A DNA stretch of 64,000 nt from Fimbriimonadales bacterium. Its GTDB lineage: Bacteria; Armatimonadota; Fimbriimonadia; Fimbriimonadales; JABRVX01. The notes beneath the pieces were generated by a model, which was not told the DNA's origin, ran no database searches, and saw nothing but the letters and a program-made list of their open reading frames with translations. The position numbers were made by a program, and so were the translations under genes. The DNA lies in the NCBI GenBank assembly GCA_045862955.1, contig BTVI01000010.1, forward strand, positions 1-64,000, in the 5' to 3' direction. Position 1 is the stretch's first letter; each line of letters starts with the position of its first letter. This document shows positions 44,736 through 54,826 of this stretch, in pieces.

Positions 44736-46265
44736 ATGAAGGGCTGGTTAGGCCGGCTGTTTCAGACGCCCGCCGGCATGTATATCTCGATCGGCATGCT
44801 GATCGGGGCTACAGCTACCGTCGCGATCATCAGTTATCGAGCAGTTCCCGCACAGGCAGGAATCGTGACGGCATCATCGCTAACTAACGCCGAAGAGGCT
44901 ACGCTCTCAGCCATCGAGAGTGCGTTCACGAAGATCGTCGAGCAGGCATCGCCCGCGGTTGTTAGTATCCAGGCGAAGAAGGACATGACGGCGTCGGGCA
45001 TCAGCATCTTCGGGCCGATTCCCGCCATACAAGGGCAAGGGTCCGGCGTAGTCATCCGCAGCGATGGGTGGATCCTGACGAACGATCACGTAGTCCGGGG
45101 CGCCGACAAAGTGATCGTGGAGTTTGCCGATGGACGACAGCTCGAGGGAACCGTGCGACGCGACTATCTTGGTGATGTAGCTGTCGTGAAGGTGGATGCC
45201 ACCAATCTGCCGACCCTGCCGCTCGCCAATTCGGACGAGGTCAAACCGGGTCAGTTCGCCATCGCCATCGGAAGCCCATTCGGTCTGGAGAACACGGTGA
45301 CGATAGGCCATATTAGCGCAATCAGTCGGGCCCAGTACGTACCCGACAATACCCCTCGTCTGCTGACGCCGAGGGGCCAAGACCCACGGAACCTACCGGC
45401 AGGACGCTACTACCCGACGCTGATCCAAACGGACGCTGCGATCAACCCCGGTAACTCTGGCGGCCCGCTGATCAACATCCACGGCGAAGTGATCGGCATC
45501 AACACCGCGATCGCATCGGACATGGGCGGCAACGTGGGTGTCGGTTTCGCGATCCCCATCAACATCGCTCAGGACATCGCGAACCAGCTCATTGCCAAGG
45601 GTAAGGTCGCGCGCGGCTACTTGGGAGTAGAGCCTGCCGACCTGACCCCGGACGATCGCGAGCGGCTCGGAGTGAGCTCCGGTGCTTTGGTGAAGAGCGT
45701 GCAGAAGGGGGACCCGGCGGACCGGGCGGGCATTAGAGCGGATGACGTGGTGGTCGAGATCAACGGTACGAAGATCAATCGAGCAGTGGATCTTCGCACG
45801 AAGATGCTGCACGTGCCGCCGGGTGAGCAAGCTACGCTCAAGGTCGTTCGAGGCGGCAAGACGCTGACATTGAACGTCACGGTTGGTGCTCCGCCAATGG
45901 ACCCCGACCTCGACCAGCGGCTGGAGCGTGATCTCTCTGAGCGCGACGAGACCCCGAAGCTGGACTTGCCGGTCAAAGGACGCCTCGGTGCCGCTGTCAC
46001 CGAGATCACAGATGAGGTGCGCAAGGAGTACAAGTTGCCCTCGGGAGTGAGCGGAGTAGTCGTGGTAGAGGTTCAGCCTGGCACCGCCGCAGACCGAGTC
46101 GGGCTTCGACCTGGCGACGTGATCGAGCAGTTCAACGGGAAGAAGCTGCGCACGCCGGACGAGCTACGCTCGTTAGTGGAGAAGGCTCAGGGCAACTACT
46201 CCCTAGTGGTCCGACGGTCCATCGGCGGTCAAATGGCCACGATACAGATCCAGATCCGCGAATAG
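44736..46265 (+). CDS. degP: DegP/Do family serine protease with two PDZ domains
   Basis: GSGVVI, TNDHVV, IQTDAAINPGNSGGPL, two PDZ domains. Confidence 0.9.
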   Translation: MKGWLGRLFQTPAGMYISIGMLIGATATVAIISYRAVPAQAGIVTASSLTNAEEATLSAIESAFTKIVEQASPAVVSIQAKKDMTASGISIFGPIPAIQGQGSGVVIRSDGWILTNDHVVRGADKVIVEFADGRQLEGTVRRDYLGDVAVVKVDATNLPTLPLANSDEVKPGQFAIAIGSPFGLENTVTIGHISAISRAQYVPDNTPRLLTPRGQDPRNLPAGRYYPTLIQTDAAINPGNSGGPLINIHGEVIGINTAIASDMGGNVGVGFAIPINIAQDIANQLIAKGKVARGYLGVEPADLTPDDRERLGVSSGALVKSVQKGDPADRAGIRADDVVVEINGTKINRAVDLRTKMLHVPPGEQATLKVVRGGKTLTLNVTVGAPPMDPDLDQRLERDLSERDETPKLDLPVKGRLGAAVTEITDEVRKEYKLPSGVSGVVVVEVQPGTAADRVGLRPGDVIEQFNGKKLRTPDELRSLVEKAQGNYSLVVRRSIGGQMATIQIQIRE

Positions 46266-46280
46266 GGCCCGGATTGGTCA

Positions 46281-46318
46281 GGAGCCGGCATCGCGCCTTC
46301 GGGTTGCGGGCCGGCTCC
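46281..46318 (+). terminator. Hairpin after degP
   Basis: GGAGCCGGC / GCCGGCTCC outer stem with an inner C(TTCG)G loop. Confidence 0.5.
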
Positions 46319-46344
46319 ATTGCATCGCTCCGTCACGACGCTTG

Positions 46345-46523
46345 GACCGAGCGGTACAGTGTTCTGCCTGGGAGCAGACCTGGGTACGCACAAACCTAAA
46401 CTGCTGACAGGGTTAAGCCACTATTCTTCGTAGTTAGGCTATTGCCGAACTAAGACAGTGAAGCTCCGGTCCCCGACGGCTACGCAAGCGCCGAGGGTCC
46501 CTGCTCGGTCGTGGGGCCGGAGC
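46345..46523. ncRNA. Candidate structured non-coding RNA (6S-like rod possible)
   Basis: Several complementary segments plus an A-rich unpaired stretch; no family signature recognised. Confidence 0.2.
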
Positions 46524-46558
46524 CTCTGCCTCCTGCTGCCTATCCGGCGAACGGGCAA

Positions 46559-46588
46559 TTGCCCCAACTTCTGCAAACCCACTATAAT
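46559..46588 (+). promoter_or_regulatory. Putative sigma70 promoter for the macroglobulin gene
   Basis: TTGCCC-N18-TATAAT. Confidence 0.6.
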
Positions 46589-46664
46589 AGCTGGGGGTCC
46601 TTGCGGCGCCTGTCGAACGAGTGCGCCGCGCTAGCGAAGCGGGATTCCGGGGAGGCATCGGTTT

Positions 46665-49600
46665 ATGGGTGGTCGTCATATCATCGTGCTTGCAGCCGTC
46701 GCAGCCAGTTCGTGCGCGTGGGCGCAGAGCAGCGGCTACTGGTACATGGGCTCCACCAGCCGCGTGTACACGACGGTGGAGAAGGCGTACGTCAGTCTCA
46801 ACTACGAGGGCAACCCCAGCGGTCTGACAGTGGAAGTTTTCTACGGGCCCGCTCAGGGCGGCTTGCTTACCGAGACCAACGTTCAGGGTCGCGCGCCCGT
46901 CTCGGTGCTACGACCGAACCTTAGGCCTGCGGCCCGGGGGCGGTATAGCAGCGGTGCAGTCCTGATCCCGACCAAGGAGCCAGGGTACTACATGGTCCGC
47001 GCCACGCTGGGCCAGCGCACGCGGACGACCTCATTCACGGTAAGCGATCTTGCCCTGGTCGCGAAGAGCGCTCCGAGCTCCACGCTGGTGTGGGTGCTGA
47101 ACCGAAGGACTGGGGAACCCGTCGCAGGGGCTGCCGTCAAGGCGATCCGAGGAGGACAGGTGCTGGCCTCTGGCGCCACCGACCAGCAAGGTTTCTGGGT
47201 CACGCCGCGGCTAGAAGGCGAATACGAATTGGTTGCCTTGCGCGGCCAGCACGTGGCGCGCTTCACGCCGTACTACGCGCGTTCTGAAGGGCAGCCCAGC
47301 GCCAGCCTCGTTTACATGTACACCGACCGGAGCGTCTACCGCCCGGGCGACACCGTGCACTTTAAGGGTATCGCTAGGGACTGGGTTGCGGGCGAGTACG
47401 TCGAGGCGTCGGGCCGCTCCGCGAGCGTGGAGCTTCGCAACTCGTACGACGCCACTCTGCAGACCCAGGAGATCGTTTCTTCCTCCTCGGGTTCATTCGA
47501 TGGCAGCTTCAAGCTGAGCGAATCGCTGGTCCCCGGCACCTATTGGGTGCGAGCGGATCTGGGCGACGGAATGGTGGGCTCAGCGGCGTTCGACATTGCC
47601 GAGTACCGCAAGCCGGAGTATCGTGTGACCCTGACACCCAGTGCTAACCCTGTCATCGCAGGCGAGAACCTGGTGTTCCGGCTCGAGGCCAAGTACTACT
47701 TCGGAGCGCCGCTAGCTGGAGCGAGCGTGCGATGGTCCGCCTTCGTGAACCAAGACTGGTATGGATGGAACCGCTTTCTGCCCAAAGACGACTGGGAGCC
47801 GCAGTGGGATGAATCCGAGGGAGAGAACGAGGACGGCGGCTACGCATGGGGGGACACCCGCTTCGAAGGGACCGGCAAGACCGGGCCGGATGGCGTACTT
47901 CTGATCGAGGTGCCCGCGTCGGTTCGCAGCAAGGTAGCCGAGAGGCCAGTGGGGCTGACCGTTAGCGCCGAGGTCCTGGACATCGCAGGCCGAGAGGGAA
48001 GTACCTCGGCGACAGCCTACCTGCTTCCTGCGGCCCGCTTCGCAGAGGTGGAGCCCGCTTCCTGGGTTGGACCTGTCGGGCAGTCCGCGGAGATGAAGGT
48101 CCGAACGTGGGACGTTACGCTCGGCCGCTCCGTGCCAGGTGCTCCCGTCCGCATCGAGATCGTTCGTTACTGGTGGGAGCAGTCGGGCAAAGAGTGGCGG
48201 GAGCGCAGCGAGGTTCAAGAGCGGCGCGATCTGACGGTCGGGGAGGACGGCAACGGGACGTTCCAGTTCGTGCCGCGTGTCGCCGGCAGCTACCGCCTAG
48301 TTGCGATCATGCAGGATGGCAGCGGCAGGGCGAGTCGTTATGAGAGTTACTACTATGCCCACGGCGGCGCAGGTGGCTACTGGGGTGGTCGAGAACGGCT
48401 CCAGATTCAGCCTTCCACGCGACGGGCGAGGGCGGGTGACACGCTCACTGTCTTGTTCCAGACTGGCACCCCGAATGCTACGCTTTGGTACAGCATCGAG
48501 GGCTCGACGATCCACCATCATGGTCTGTTGAAGGCTAGCGGCGGAGTGGCCGTGCTGAACATCCCAATCACCCGGGAGATGATGCCCTGTATCTATGTGT
48601 GGGGAGGCTACGCCGCCGAGGGAGTATTGCAATCCGATTCGGTAGGCGTGTGGATTGCCGACGAGAGCAAGCTCCTCGACCTGCGCGTGACTCCGGACTC
48701 GGATCGCCACCTACCAGGTGACAAGGTGCGCTATCGCATCGAGAGCCGGGATCTGCAAGGCAATCCTATACCGGCAGAAGTGTCGCTGGCGGTCGTAGAC
48801 GAACCGCTCTTCGCAATCCGCCGAGATAACACCCCGGACATCCGCGCCTATTTCTATGGTAGTAGGCCGAACTCTGTGGAGACCGAACGAAGCGATGCGC
48901 TCTATTACCGGATCGTGACCGGCGCGAGTGCTCCGGACGCGATTGCCTCCCTGCGGTTTGCCAGAGTGTATCAAAAGGAAGCCAGGGACGCGGAGAAGAC
49001 GCAGGCCGGCGAGGGACGCGTGCGCAAGGAATTCCGTGATACTGCATTCTGGCGCGCGACCATCGAGACCGATGAGACCGGGCAGGCCGAAGTGGAGTTC
49101 ACGTTGCCCGATAACCTCACGCAGTGGCGGGCCACCGCGCGCGGCGTTGGCGAGGGCACGAGCGTGGGGCAGGCAGTGAACAAGGAACTGCGTGTTACGA
49201 AGCCACTCATCGCATCGCTCAACCTGCCACGTTTCGTAAGTGTAGGTGATGAGTTCAGAGTTATCGCAGTGGTGCGGAACACCACCGATCGTGTGCAGAC
49301 CGCGCAGGTGGTGTTCGAGGCGGACGAGCATTTGGCAGTGCTAACACGCCCGGAGACCTCGGTGATGGTGCCTGCGAACGGAGAGTGGCGCTACGACATC
49401 TCCGCGCGTGCTGCAAAGAGTGGCACTTGCACGGTGTATCTGGCCGCTACCTCTCAGACCCACCAAGATGCCGTCGAGCTGCGTCTGAATGTTTTGGAGT
49501 ATCGCAACCTGCAGACACGCACCCAGTCTGGCGTGACCGCTGGTACCGTCAGCCAGCCCATTCCGCTGGCTAAGGATCGAACGCTCGGTAGCGAGAGCCT

Positions 49601-51206
49601 CGAGTTTCGAATCTCGCCTACGCTCACCTCGTTGCTGCTCGGCTCGGTCGAAGCTCTCGCGCAATACCCTTATGGGTGCATCGAGCAGACTACCAGTCCG
49701 ATGCTAGCGGACCTCGCGCTGTTGGATGTGCTCTCGGCCGAGGGCCGTAGTCGCCCCGAGCTGGAGGCGAAGCTCAGGGACATGGTACAGGTTGGGCTGA
49801 GCCGGCTGTACGCCATGCAGGAGTATGACGGCGGCTGGGGATGGGGTGACCACTCGGAGAGCGACCTATACTGGACTGCCTATGTGATGAGTGGTCTGGC
49901 TGAGGCCAGGCGCAGCGGCTTCCAGGTAGACGATGATACCTTCCGGCGCGGCTTAGATCGCCTTGCCACTATGGTTGTGAGGGTGGATGACAGTAAGCCC
50001 AGAGGAGCCAAGCCGGCAGACGAGGCTACTTGGCGCTATCGCAGCGCGTTGCAGTCCAAGACTCTGGCACTCGAGGTGCTATCTCGCATTCAGCCGGAAG
50101 CCTGGCGAACTGCTGCTGAGCGCATGGCGGCGCGTACGGGCGAGCTTGCTCCGGCAGGTCTGGCCCGCCTCGCGATGACACTTAAGAATGTGGGGCACGA
50201 CGCCCTAGCGGGCAAAGTGATGCGGGAGCTGATAGGTAAGGGTAGGCAGGGCGGCGGGCTGATGTCGTGGCCTGCGGACTATCGGGACGAGTCGTGGTGG
50301 TACTACGGCGAGCAGGATACACAGGTAGCTGCACTGGCGCTTCAGGCCATGTGTGAGCTCGGCACTTCGAGCAGTGAGCGAGATGCAGTGCTGCAGTGGC
50401 TCTGCTCGGCTAGGCGTGGTGACATGTGGTACTCCACGAACGACACCGCTACCATCGCACGCGCCCTCGCGACATACATCCGCACGACGGGCGAACGGCC
50501 GTTCACTGGACGTGTCACTCTCGCCGTAGACGGCCGAAATGTGCAGTCCTGGGAGATCGGGCGCGACCATGGTCAGGAGATCGTGGGCAAGGTGGGGCCG
50601 GAGCTGCTGCAGGGCAGCACACCCAGGTGGGAGTTGCGCCTGGAGGGCTCCGGATCGCTTCGGTACGCGGTGACCACTCGCTACAACCTGCCCTATGCAC
50701 AGCGCGCCTCCGGTGCAGGCATAGCGGTATCGCGCACGTATCGCAAGCTCGTTACGAAGGTGGTCACTCACAAGAGTGGAAGTTACACCTGGACGGAGCA
50801 GCAGTACTCCACGACCTCGCCTGTTTCGAGCGTAGTGCCTGGTGACGAGGTGGTAGTCAAGCTGGTAGTGAAGAGCGATCGGCCACTGCGACACCTGGTT
50901 CTGGAAGACCCGCTTCCTGCCGGATTGGAACCGATTGACGAGCGCAACAGCGAGTTTCTGTATTCGGGCTGGTTGTTCGATGATGATCGATACGACTGGT
51001 ACGGATATGCTAGGAGAGAGCAACACGATAACCGTGTCACGCTTCTGTTGGAGCATGTGCCATCGGGAGAGACTGCTTACTACTACGTGGTTCGCGCCGT
51101 GACGCCGGGCTCGTTTACGGCAGGTCCTGCGGTGGTGAGTGCAATGTATGCGGCAGGGATCGAGGGTCGCAGCGAAACGGGTCGGATATCGGTGCGAGTG
51201 AGATGA
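46665..51206 (+). CDS. Bacterial alpha-2-macroglobulin family protein with intact thioester motif
   Basis: YTDRSVYRPGDTVHF (MG2), EYRKPEY, SLAVVDE, RKEFRDTAFW, LPDNLTQW, YPYGCIEQT, GGWGW, EDPLPAGLE, AMY. Confidence 0.93.
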   Translation: MGGRHIIVLAAVAASSCAWAQSSGYWYMGSTSRVYTTVEKAYVSLNYEGNPSGLTVEVFYGPAQGGLLTETNVQGRAPVSVLRPNLRPAARGRYSSGAVLIPTKEPGYYMVRATLGQRTRTTSFTVSDLALVAKSAPSSTLVWVLNRRTGEPVAGAAVKAIRGGQVLASGATDQQGFWVTPRLEGEYELVALRGQHVARFTPYYARSEGQPSASLVYMYTDRSVYRPGDTVHFKGIARDWVAGEYVEASGRSASVELRNSYDATLQTQEIVSSSSGSFDGSFKLSESLVPGTYWVRADLGDGMVGSAAFDIAEYRKPEYRVTLTPSANPVIAGENLVFRLEAKYYFGAPLAGASVRWSAFVNQDWYGWNRFLPKDDWEPQWDESEGENEDGGYAWGDTRFEGTGKTGPDGVLLIEVPASVRSKVAERPVGLTVSAEVLDIAGREGSTSATAYLLPAARFAEVEPASWVGPVGQSAEMKVRTWDVTLGRSVPGAPVRIEIVRYWWEQSGKEWRERSEVQERRDLTVGEDGNGTFQFVPRVAGSYRLVAIMQDGSGRASRYESYYYAHGGAGGYWGGRERLQIQPSTRRARAGDTLTVLFQTGTPNATLWYSIEGSTIHHHGLLKASGGVAVLNIPITREMMPCIYVWGGYAAEGVLQSDSVGVWIADESKLLDLRVTPDSDRHLPGDKVRYRIESRDLQGNPIPAEVSLAVVDEPLFAIRRDNTPDIRAYFYGSRPNSVETERSDALYYRIVTGASAPDAIASLRFARVYQKEARDAEKTQAGEGRVRKEFRDTAFWRATIETDETGQAEVEFTLPDNLTQWRATARGVGEGTSVGQAVNKELRVTKPLIASLNLPRFVSVGDEFRVIAVVRNTTDRVQTAQVVFEADEHLAVLTRPETSVMVPANGEWRYDISARAAKSGTCTVYLAATSQTHQDAVELRLNVLEYRNLQTRTQSGVTAGTVSQPIPLAKDRTLGSESLEFRISPTLTSLLLGSVEALAQYPYGCIEQTTSPMLADLALLDVLSAEGRSRPELEAKLRDMVQVGLSRLYAMQEYDGGWGWGDHSESDLYWTAYVMSGLAEARRSGFQVDDDTFRRGLDRLATMVVRVDDSKPRGAKPADEATWRYRSALQSKTLALEVLSRIQPEAWRTAAERMAARTGELAPAGLARLAMTLKNVGHDALAGKVMRELIGKGRQGGGLMSWPADYRDESWWYYGEQDTQVAALALQAMCELGTSSSERDAVLQWLCSARRGDMWYSTNDTATIARALATYIRTTGERPFTGRVTLAVDGRNVQSWEIGRDHGQEIVGKVGPELLQGSTPRWELRLEGSGSLRYAVTTRYNLPYAQRASGAGIAVSRTYRKLVTKVVTHKSGSYTWTEQQYSTTSPVSSVVPGDEVVVKLVVKSDRPLRHLVLEDPLPAGLEPIDERNSEFLYSGWLFDDDRYDWYGYARREQHDNRVTLLLEHVPSGETAYYYVVRAVTPGSFTAGPAVVSAMYAAGIEGRSETGRISVRVR

Positions 51207-51862
51207 CGGTAGCCCTTCTCGCTTCGGTGCTACTGCAGACTTGGCACGGCTTGGCTGCAGAAGCCGCGACGCCGCATGTGTTAGCAACGTTCGCGACCGA
51301 GCTGTCGCGCGCGGAGTGGGCGCGCAACGAGAACGTGGGAGTTGCGGCCCGAAAACTGAGCGGGGTGTACCTGGCGCCAGGGGCGGAGTTCTCGTTCAAT
51401 CGTCTGGTGGGATCGAGGACTTCGGAAGCTGGATACCGGAATGCACCGACCTTCACCCCGCTGGGCAAGTTAGACAGCCTGGCCGGTGGAATCTGTCAAC
51501 TTAGTAGTACGGTGTACAATGCTGCGTTGTTGGCTAACCTGGAGATCGTCGAGCGCCATCCGCACAGCCTGACCGTACGATATCTCGTGCCGGGCCGGGA
51601 CGCGACTGTCTCCGAGTATGCCGATCTGCGCTTTCGCAACTCACGAGAGGGCCCGATTCGGCTTGTTGTCGAACTCAGCGGGCGTCAGCTCAAGTGTACG
51701 ATCATGGGGGCGGAGCCGATGCGCGAGCAGGTGGCTATCGAGGTGGAGAAGCGTACCCTGGCGACGGGGCACGTCGTAACGCGAACGTTTCGCGAGGTGA
51801 GCTGCGCAGGTGCCACGAAGCGGGTGTTGGTGTCGGAAGACACTTACATCCCCGCGTACTAG
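51203..51862 (+). CDS. VanW family protein
   Basis: RNENV, PGAEFSFN..VG.R...GY, GGICQLSSTVYNAAL, ERHPHS, Y..PGRDATV, DLRFRN; ATGA overlap. Confidence 0.9.
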   Translation: MTVALLASVLLQTWHGLAAEAATPHVLATFATELSRAEWARNENVGVAARKLSGVYLAPGAEFSFNRLVGSRTSEAGYRNAPTFTPLGKLDSLAGGICQLSSTVYNAALLANLEIVERHPHSLTVRYLVPGRDATVSEYADLRFRNSREGPIRLVVELSGRQLKCTIMGAEPMREQVAIEVEKRTLATGHVVTRTFREVSCAGATKRVLVSEDTYIPAY

Positions 51863-51888
51863 CAGACTAACTACGGAGGGTTCGACAC

Positions 51889-53715
51889 ATGTGTGGGATC
51901 ACGGGATATGTAGGTCCGAGAGAGGCGGTCGCTGTTGCCGTCGAGTCTCTACGCAGATTGGAGTACCGCGGTTACGACTCTGCGGGCGTGGCCTATGCCA
52001 ACGGCTCAGGCATCAGCGTAATCAAACAGGCCGGCAAAATCGCGGAGCTGGAGCGGCGACTGCAAGGTTTCGACACTCACTCGAATACCGCCGTGGCACA
52101 TACTCGCTGGGCCACCCACGGTGCTCCGACGACCGATAACGCCCACCCGCACTGGGACTCCTCCCAATCGGTTGCCATCGTGCACAACGGAATCATCGAA
52201 AACTACCTCGAGCTACGTCAGGAGCTAGAGGCAAAAGGCCATCCCTTTCGATCCGAGACGGATACCGAGGTGATCGCGCACGTAATCGAAGAGGAGCTTA
52301 AGCTGGGAGGCAGCTTTGCCGACGCAGTTCGCCGCGCTTCCAAGAAGCTTCGCGGAGCATACGCCGTGGCCACCGTTTCGAACGCGGATCCCGAGGCGAT
52401 CGTTGCACTGCGTTGCGACTCCCCGCTCGTCATAGGCTTGGGGGAAAACGAGAACTTTCTTGCATCCGACATTCCTGCGTTACTGCCGTACACACGGAAC
52501 GTGATCATCCTAGAGAACGGTGACATGGCAGTGCTCCGTCGAGATCGCGTGCAGGTGTACGACTCGGAGGGTCGGCCGGTCGAGCGTCCGGTGCAGCATG
52601 TGGAGTGGGACGTGGAGTCCGCAGAGAAGGGGGGCTATGACCACTTCATGCTGAAGGAGATCCACGAGCAGCCGGATACGCTGGCTCAAACGTTATTGGG
52701 TCGCGTGGTGGATGGACGCGTGAGGCTGGATGTCGGCCTGACGGACGAGCAGTGGAAGTCCTTCGAGCGGTTCGTCATCGTTGCATGTGGCACTGCGTTT
52801 CACGCAGGCCTGATCGGAGCACGCATGATCGAGGGCTACCTCCGCATCCCAGTGAAAGTGGAGTTCTCGTCGGAGTTCCGCTACTCGGACCCGCTGCTAG
52901 GCCCCAAGGACCTCGCTATCTTCATCAGCCAGTCGGGTGAGACCGCGGACACGCTGGCTGCCTTGCGCCTGTGCAAGGAGCGTGGGGCGAAAACTCTGGG
53001 CATCATCAACGTAGTAGGTAGCACGATGGCACGCGAGTGCGACCATGTGCTGTATGTGCAAGCTGGTCCAGAGATCTGCGTGGCATCTACCAAAGCCTAC
53101 AGCGCGCAGGTGTGCGCCATCATGCTGATCGCCTTGCACCTGGATGCGCTGCGTGGTGTTAGTCCAGAGACCGTGCCATTCATGGTGTCGGAGCTGGTCA
53201 AGCAGCCGGAGCGCCTGCGAGCGATCCTGCAGCAGGAGGAGAAGATCGCCGCGATCGCACGCGAGGTGAAGGACACATCGCTCTGTTTCTTCCTAGGACG
53301 GGGCGTGGACGATGCGGTAGCGATGGAAGGTGCCCTCAAGCTTAAGGAGATTGCCTACATCCCAACACAGGAGTGCCCTGCGGGCGAGATGAAGCACGGT
53401 CCGCTCGCGTTGGTCGAGCCGGGCACGCTGGCCGTTTTCGTCGCGACGCAGACCCGAACACGGGACAAGATCGCCGGCAACATCAAGGAGATCAAGGCAC
53501 GTGGCGCACGTACTCTCGCCATCGTGCAGGAGGGCGAAGAGACCATTCCCCAGATATCGGACTTCTGTGTACAGATCCCGCGCTGCGGCCACGACCTGTT
53601 CGCGGCTCCGCTCGCCGTCCTGCCCTTGCAGATGTTCGCATACTTCGTGGCCAAAGAAAGAGGCTGCGACATAGATCAACCGCGAAACTTGGCGAAGAGC
53701 GTTACCGTAGAGTAA
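51889..53715 (+). CDS. glmS: Glutamine--fructose-6-phosphate aminotransferase
   Basis: MCGI, LEYRGYDSAG, HTRWATHG, SQSGETADT, EGALKLKE, PRNLAKSVTVE. Confidence 0.98.
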   Translation: MCGITGYVGPREAVAVAVESLRRLEYRGYDSAGVAYANGSGISVIKQAGKIAELERRLQGFDTHSNTAVAHTRWATHGAPTTDNAHPHWDSSQSVAIVHNGIIENYLELRQELEAKGHPFRSETDTEVIAHVIEEELKLGGSFADAVRRASKKLRGAYAVATVSNADPEAIVALRCDSPLVIGLGENENFLASDIPALLPYTRNVIILENGDMAVLRRDRVQVYDSEGRPVERPVQHVEWDVESAEKGGYDHFMLKEIHEQPDTLAQTLLGRVVDGRVRLDVGLTDEQWKSFERFVIVACGTAFHAGLIGARMIEGYLRIPVKVEFSSEFRYSDPLLGPKDLAIFISQSGETADTLAALRLCKERGAKTLGIINVVGSTMARECDHVLYVQAGPEICVASTKAYSAQVCAIMLIALHLDALRGVSPETVPFMVSELVKQPERLRAILQQEEKIAAIAREVKDTSLCFFLGRGVDDAVAMEGALKLKEIAYIPTQECPAGEMKHGPLALVEPGTLAVFVATQTRTRDKIAGNIKEIKARGARTLAIVQEGEETIPQISDFCVQIPRCGHDLFAAPLAVLPLQMFAYFVAKERGCDIDQPRNLAKSVTVE

Positions 53716-53725
53716 GCCGAATGGC

Positions 53726-54826
53726 ATGACATCGAAGGTAGCGGTACTGAAGACTTCACCACGGACGGTGCTCGACGACATCGCCCGGGTAATGGATCTG
53801 GGTGGAGTGCGTGAGGCCCTCAGCACCGAAACGGATCTGCTGCTCAAACTAAACCTATCCTGGACACTCTACTTCCCGGCATGCTCCTCGCAGCCATGGC
53901 AGCTGCACGGTGCCGTTCGCGCATTGCTGGACATCGGATTTCCGAAGGAGCGTCTGTTCCCGGTCGAACACCGCACCGTGGTTACAGATCCGCTGAAGGG
54001 GCTCGTCAACAATGCGTGGGCCCCCGTACTCAACCACTATCAGATTCCGTTCACGCCACTCACCGACGTGGAGTGGGTGCAGCACGAGTTCCGGGAGCCG
54101 CTGCTCAAGCTGAATGTAGTCTTCCCAGAGGGAATTCGCATACCCAAGATGTACGTCGGCAAGCAGGTGTTGCACCTTCCGACGGTGAAGACGCATGGGC
54201 ACAGCACGACCACGGGTGCAATCAAGAACTCCTTCGGCGGATTGCTGCAAGAAGCGAGGCACTATGCGCACAAGTACATCCATGAGGTGCTCGTGGACCT
54301 CATGACCATGCAGCGGGAGCTGCATCCCGGCATCTTCGCGCTGATGGATGGCACGGTGTGTGGAGACGGGGCGGGCCCGCGTACCATGGTGCCGCACGTG
54401 AAGAACTACCTGCTTGCTTCAGCGGACCAGGTCGCTATCGATGCCGTCGCCGCGAAGATGATGGGCTTCGACCCGCTCGAAATCCCCTATCTGCGGATGT
54501 GTGCAGAGCGCGGTTACGGTGTGGCGGATCCACGCGACATAGAGATCGTGGGAGAAAACATCGAAGCGGTGGACTTCGGGTTTCACGTCAAGCGTAGTTT
54601 CGTTATCTGGGGCGACCAGATGATACGCAAGGGACCGCTGCGACCGCTGGAGAAGCTCCTGCTCCACTCACCGCTATGGCACTGGGCACCGGCTGCGAGT
54701 GCCATCTATCATGACTGGCTCTGGTACCCAACCATCGGTCGCCGTTTCATTCGGCAGTTCATGGACAGCGAGTGGGGCCCGCTGTGGCAGGCCTACCGCG
54801 ATGGCTCTGCCCTGTCAGGTGCCTAG
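53726..54826 (+). CDS. DUF362 domain protein
   Basis: LLKLNL, LPTVKTHG..TTGAIKNSFG, DG..CGDGAGP, DQVAIDAVAAKMMGFDP. Confidence 0.75.
   Translation: MTSKVAVLKTSPRTVLDDIARVMDLGGVREALSTETDLLLKLNLSWTLYFPACSSQPWQLHGAVRALLDIGFPKERLFPVEHRTVVTDPLKGLVNNAWAPVLNHYQIPFTPLTDVEWVQHEFREPLLKLNVVFPEGIRIPKMYVGKQVLHLPTVKTHGHSTTTGAIKNSFGGLLQEARHYAHKYIHEVLVDLMTMQRELHPGIFALMDGTVCGDGAGPRTMVPHVKNYLLASADQVAIDAVAAKMMGFDPLEIPYLRMCAERGYGVADPRDIEIVGENIEAVDFGFHVKRSFVIWGDQMIRKGPLRPLEKLLLHSPLWHWAPAASAIYHDWLWYPTIGRRFIRQFMDSEWGPLWQAYRDGSALSGA

Noticed and set aside
51863..51888. glmS ribozyme upstream of glmS
   Set aside because: Only 26 nt are intergenic and I saw no ribozyme core
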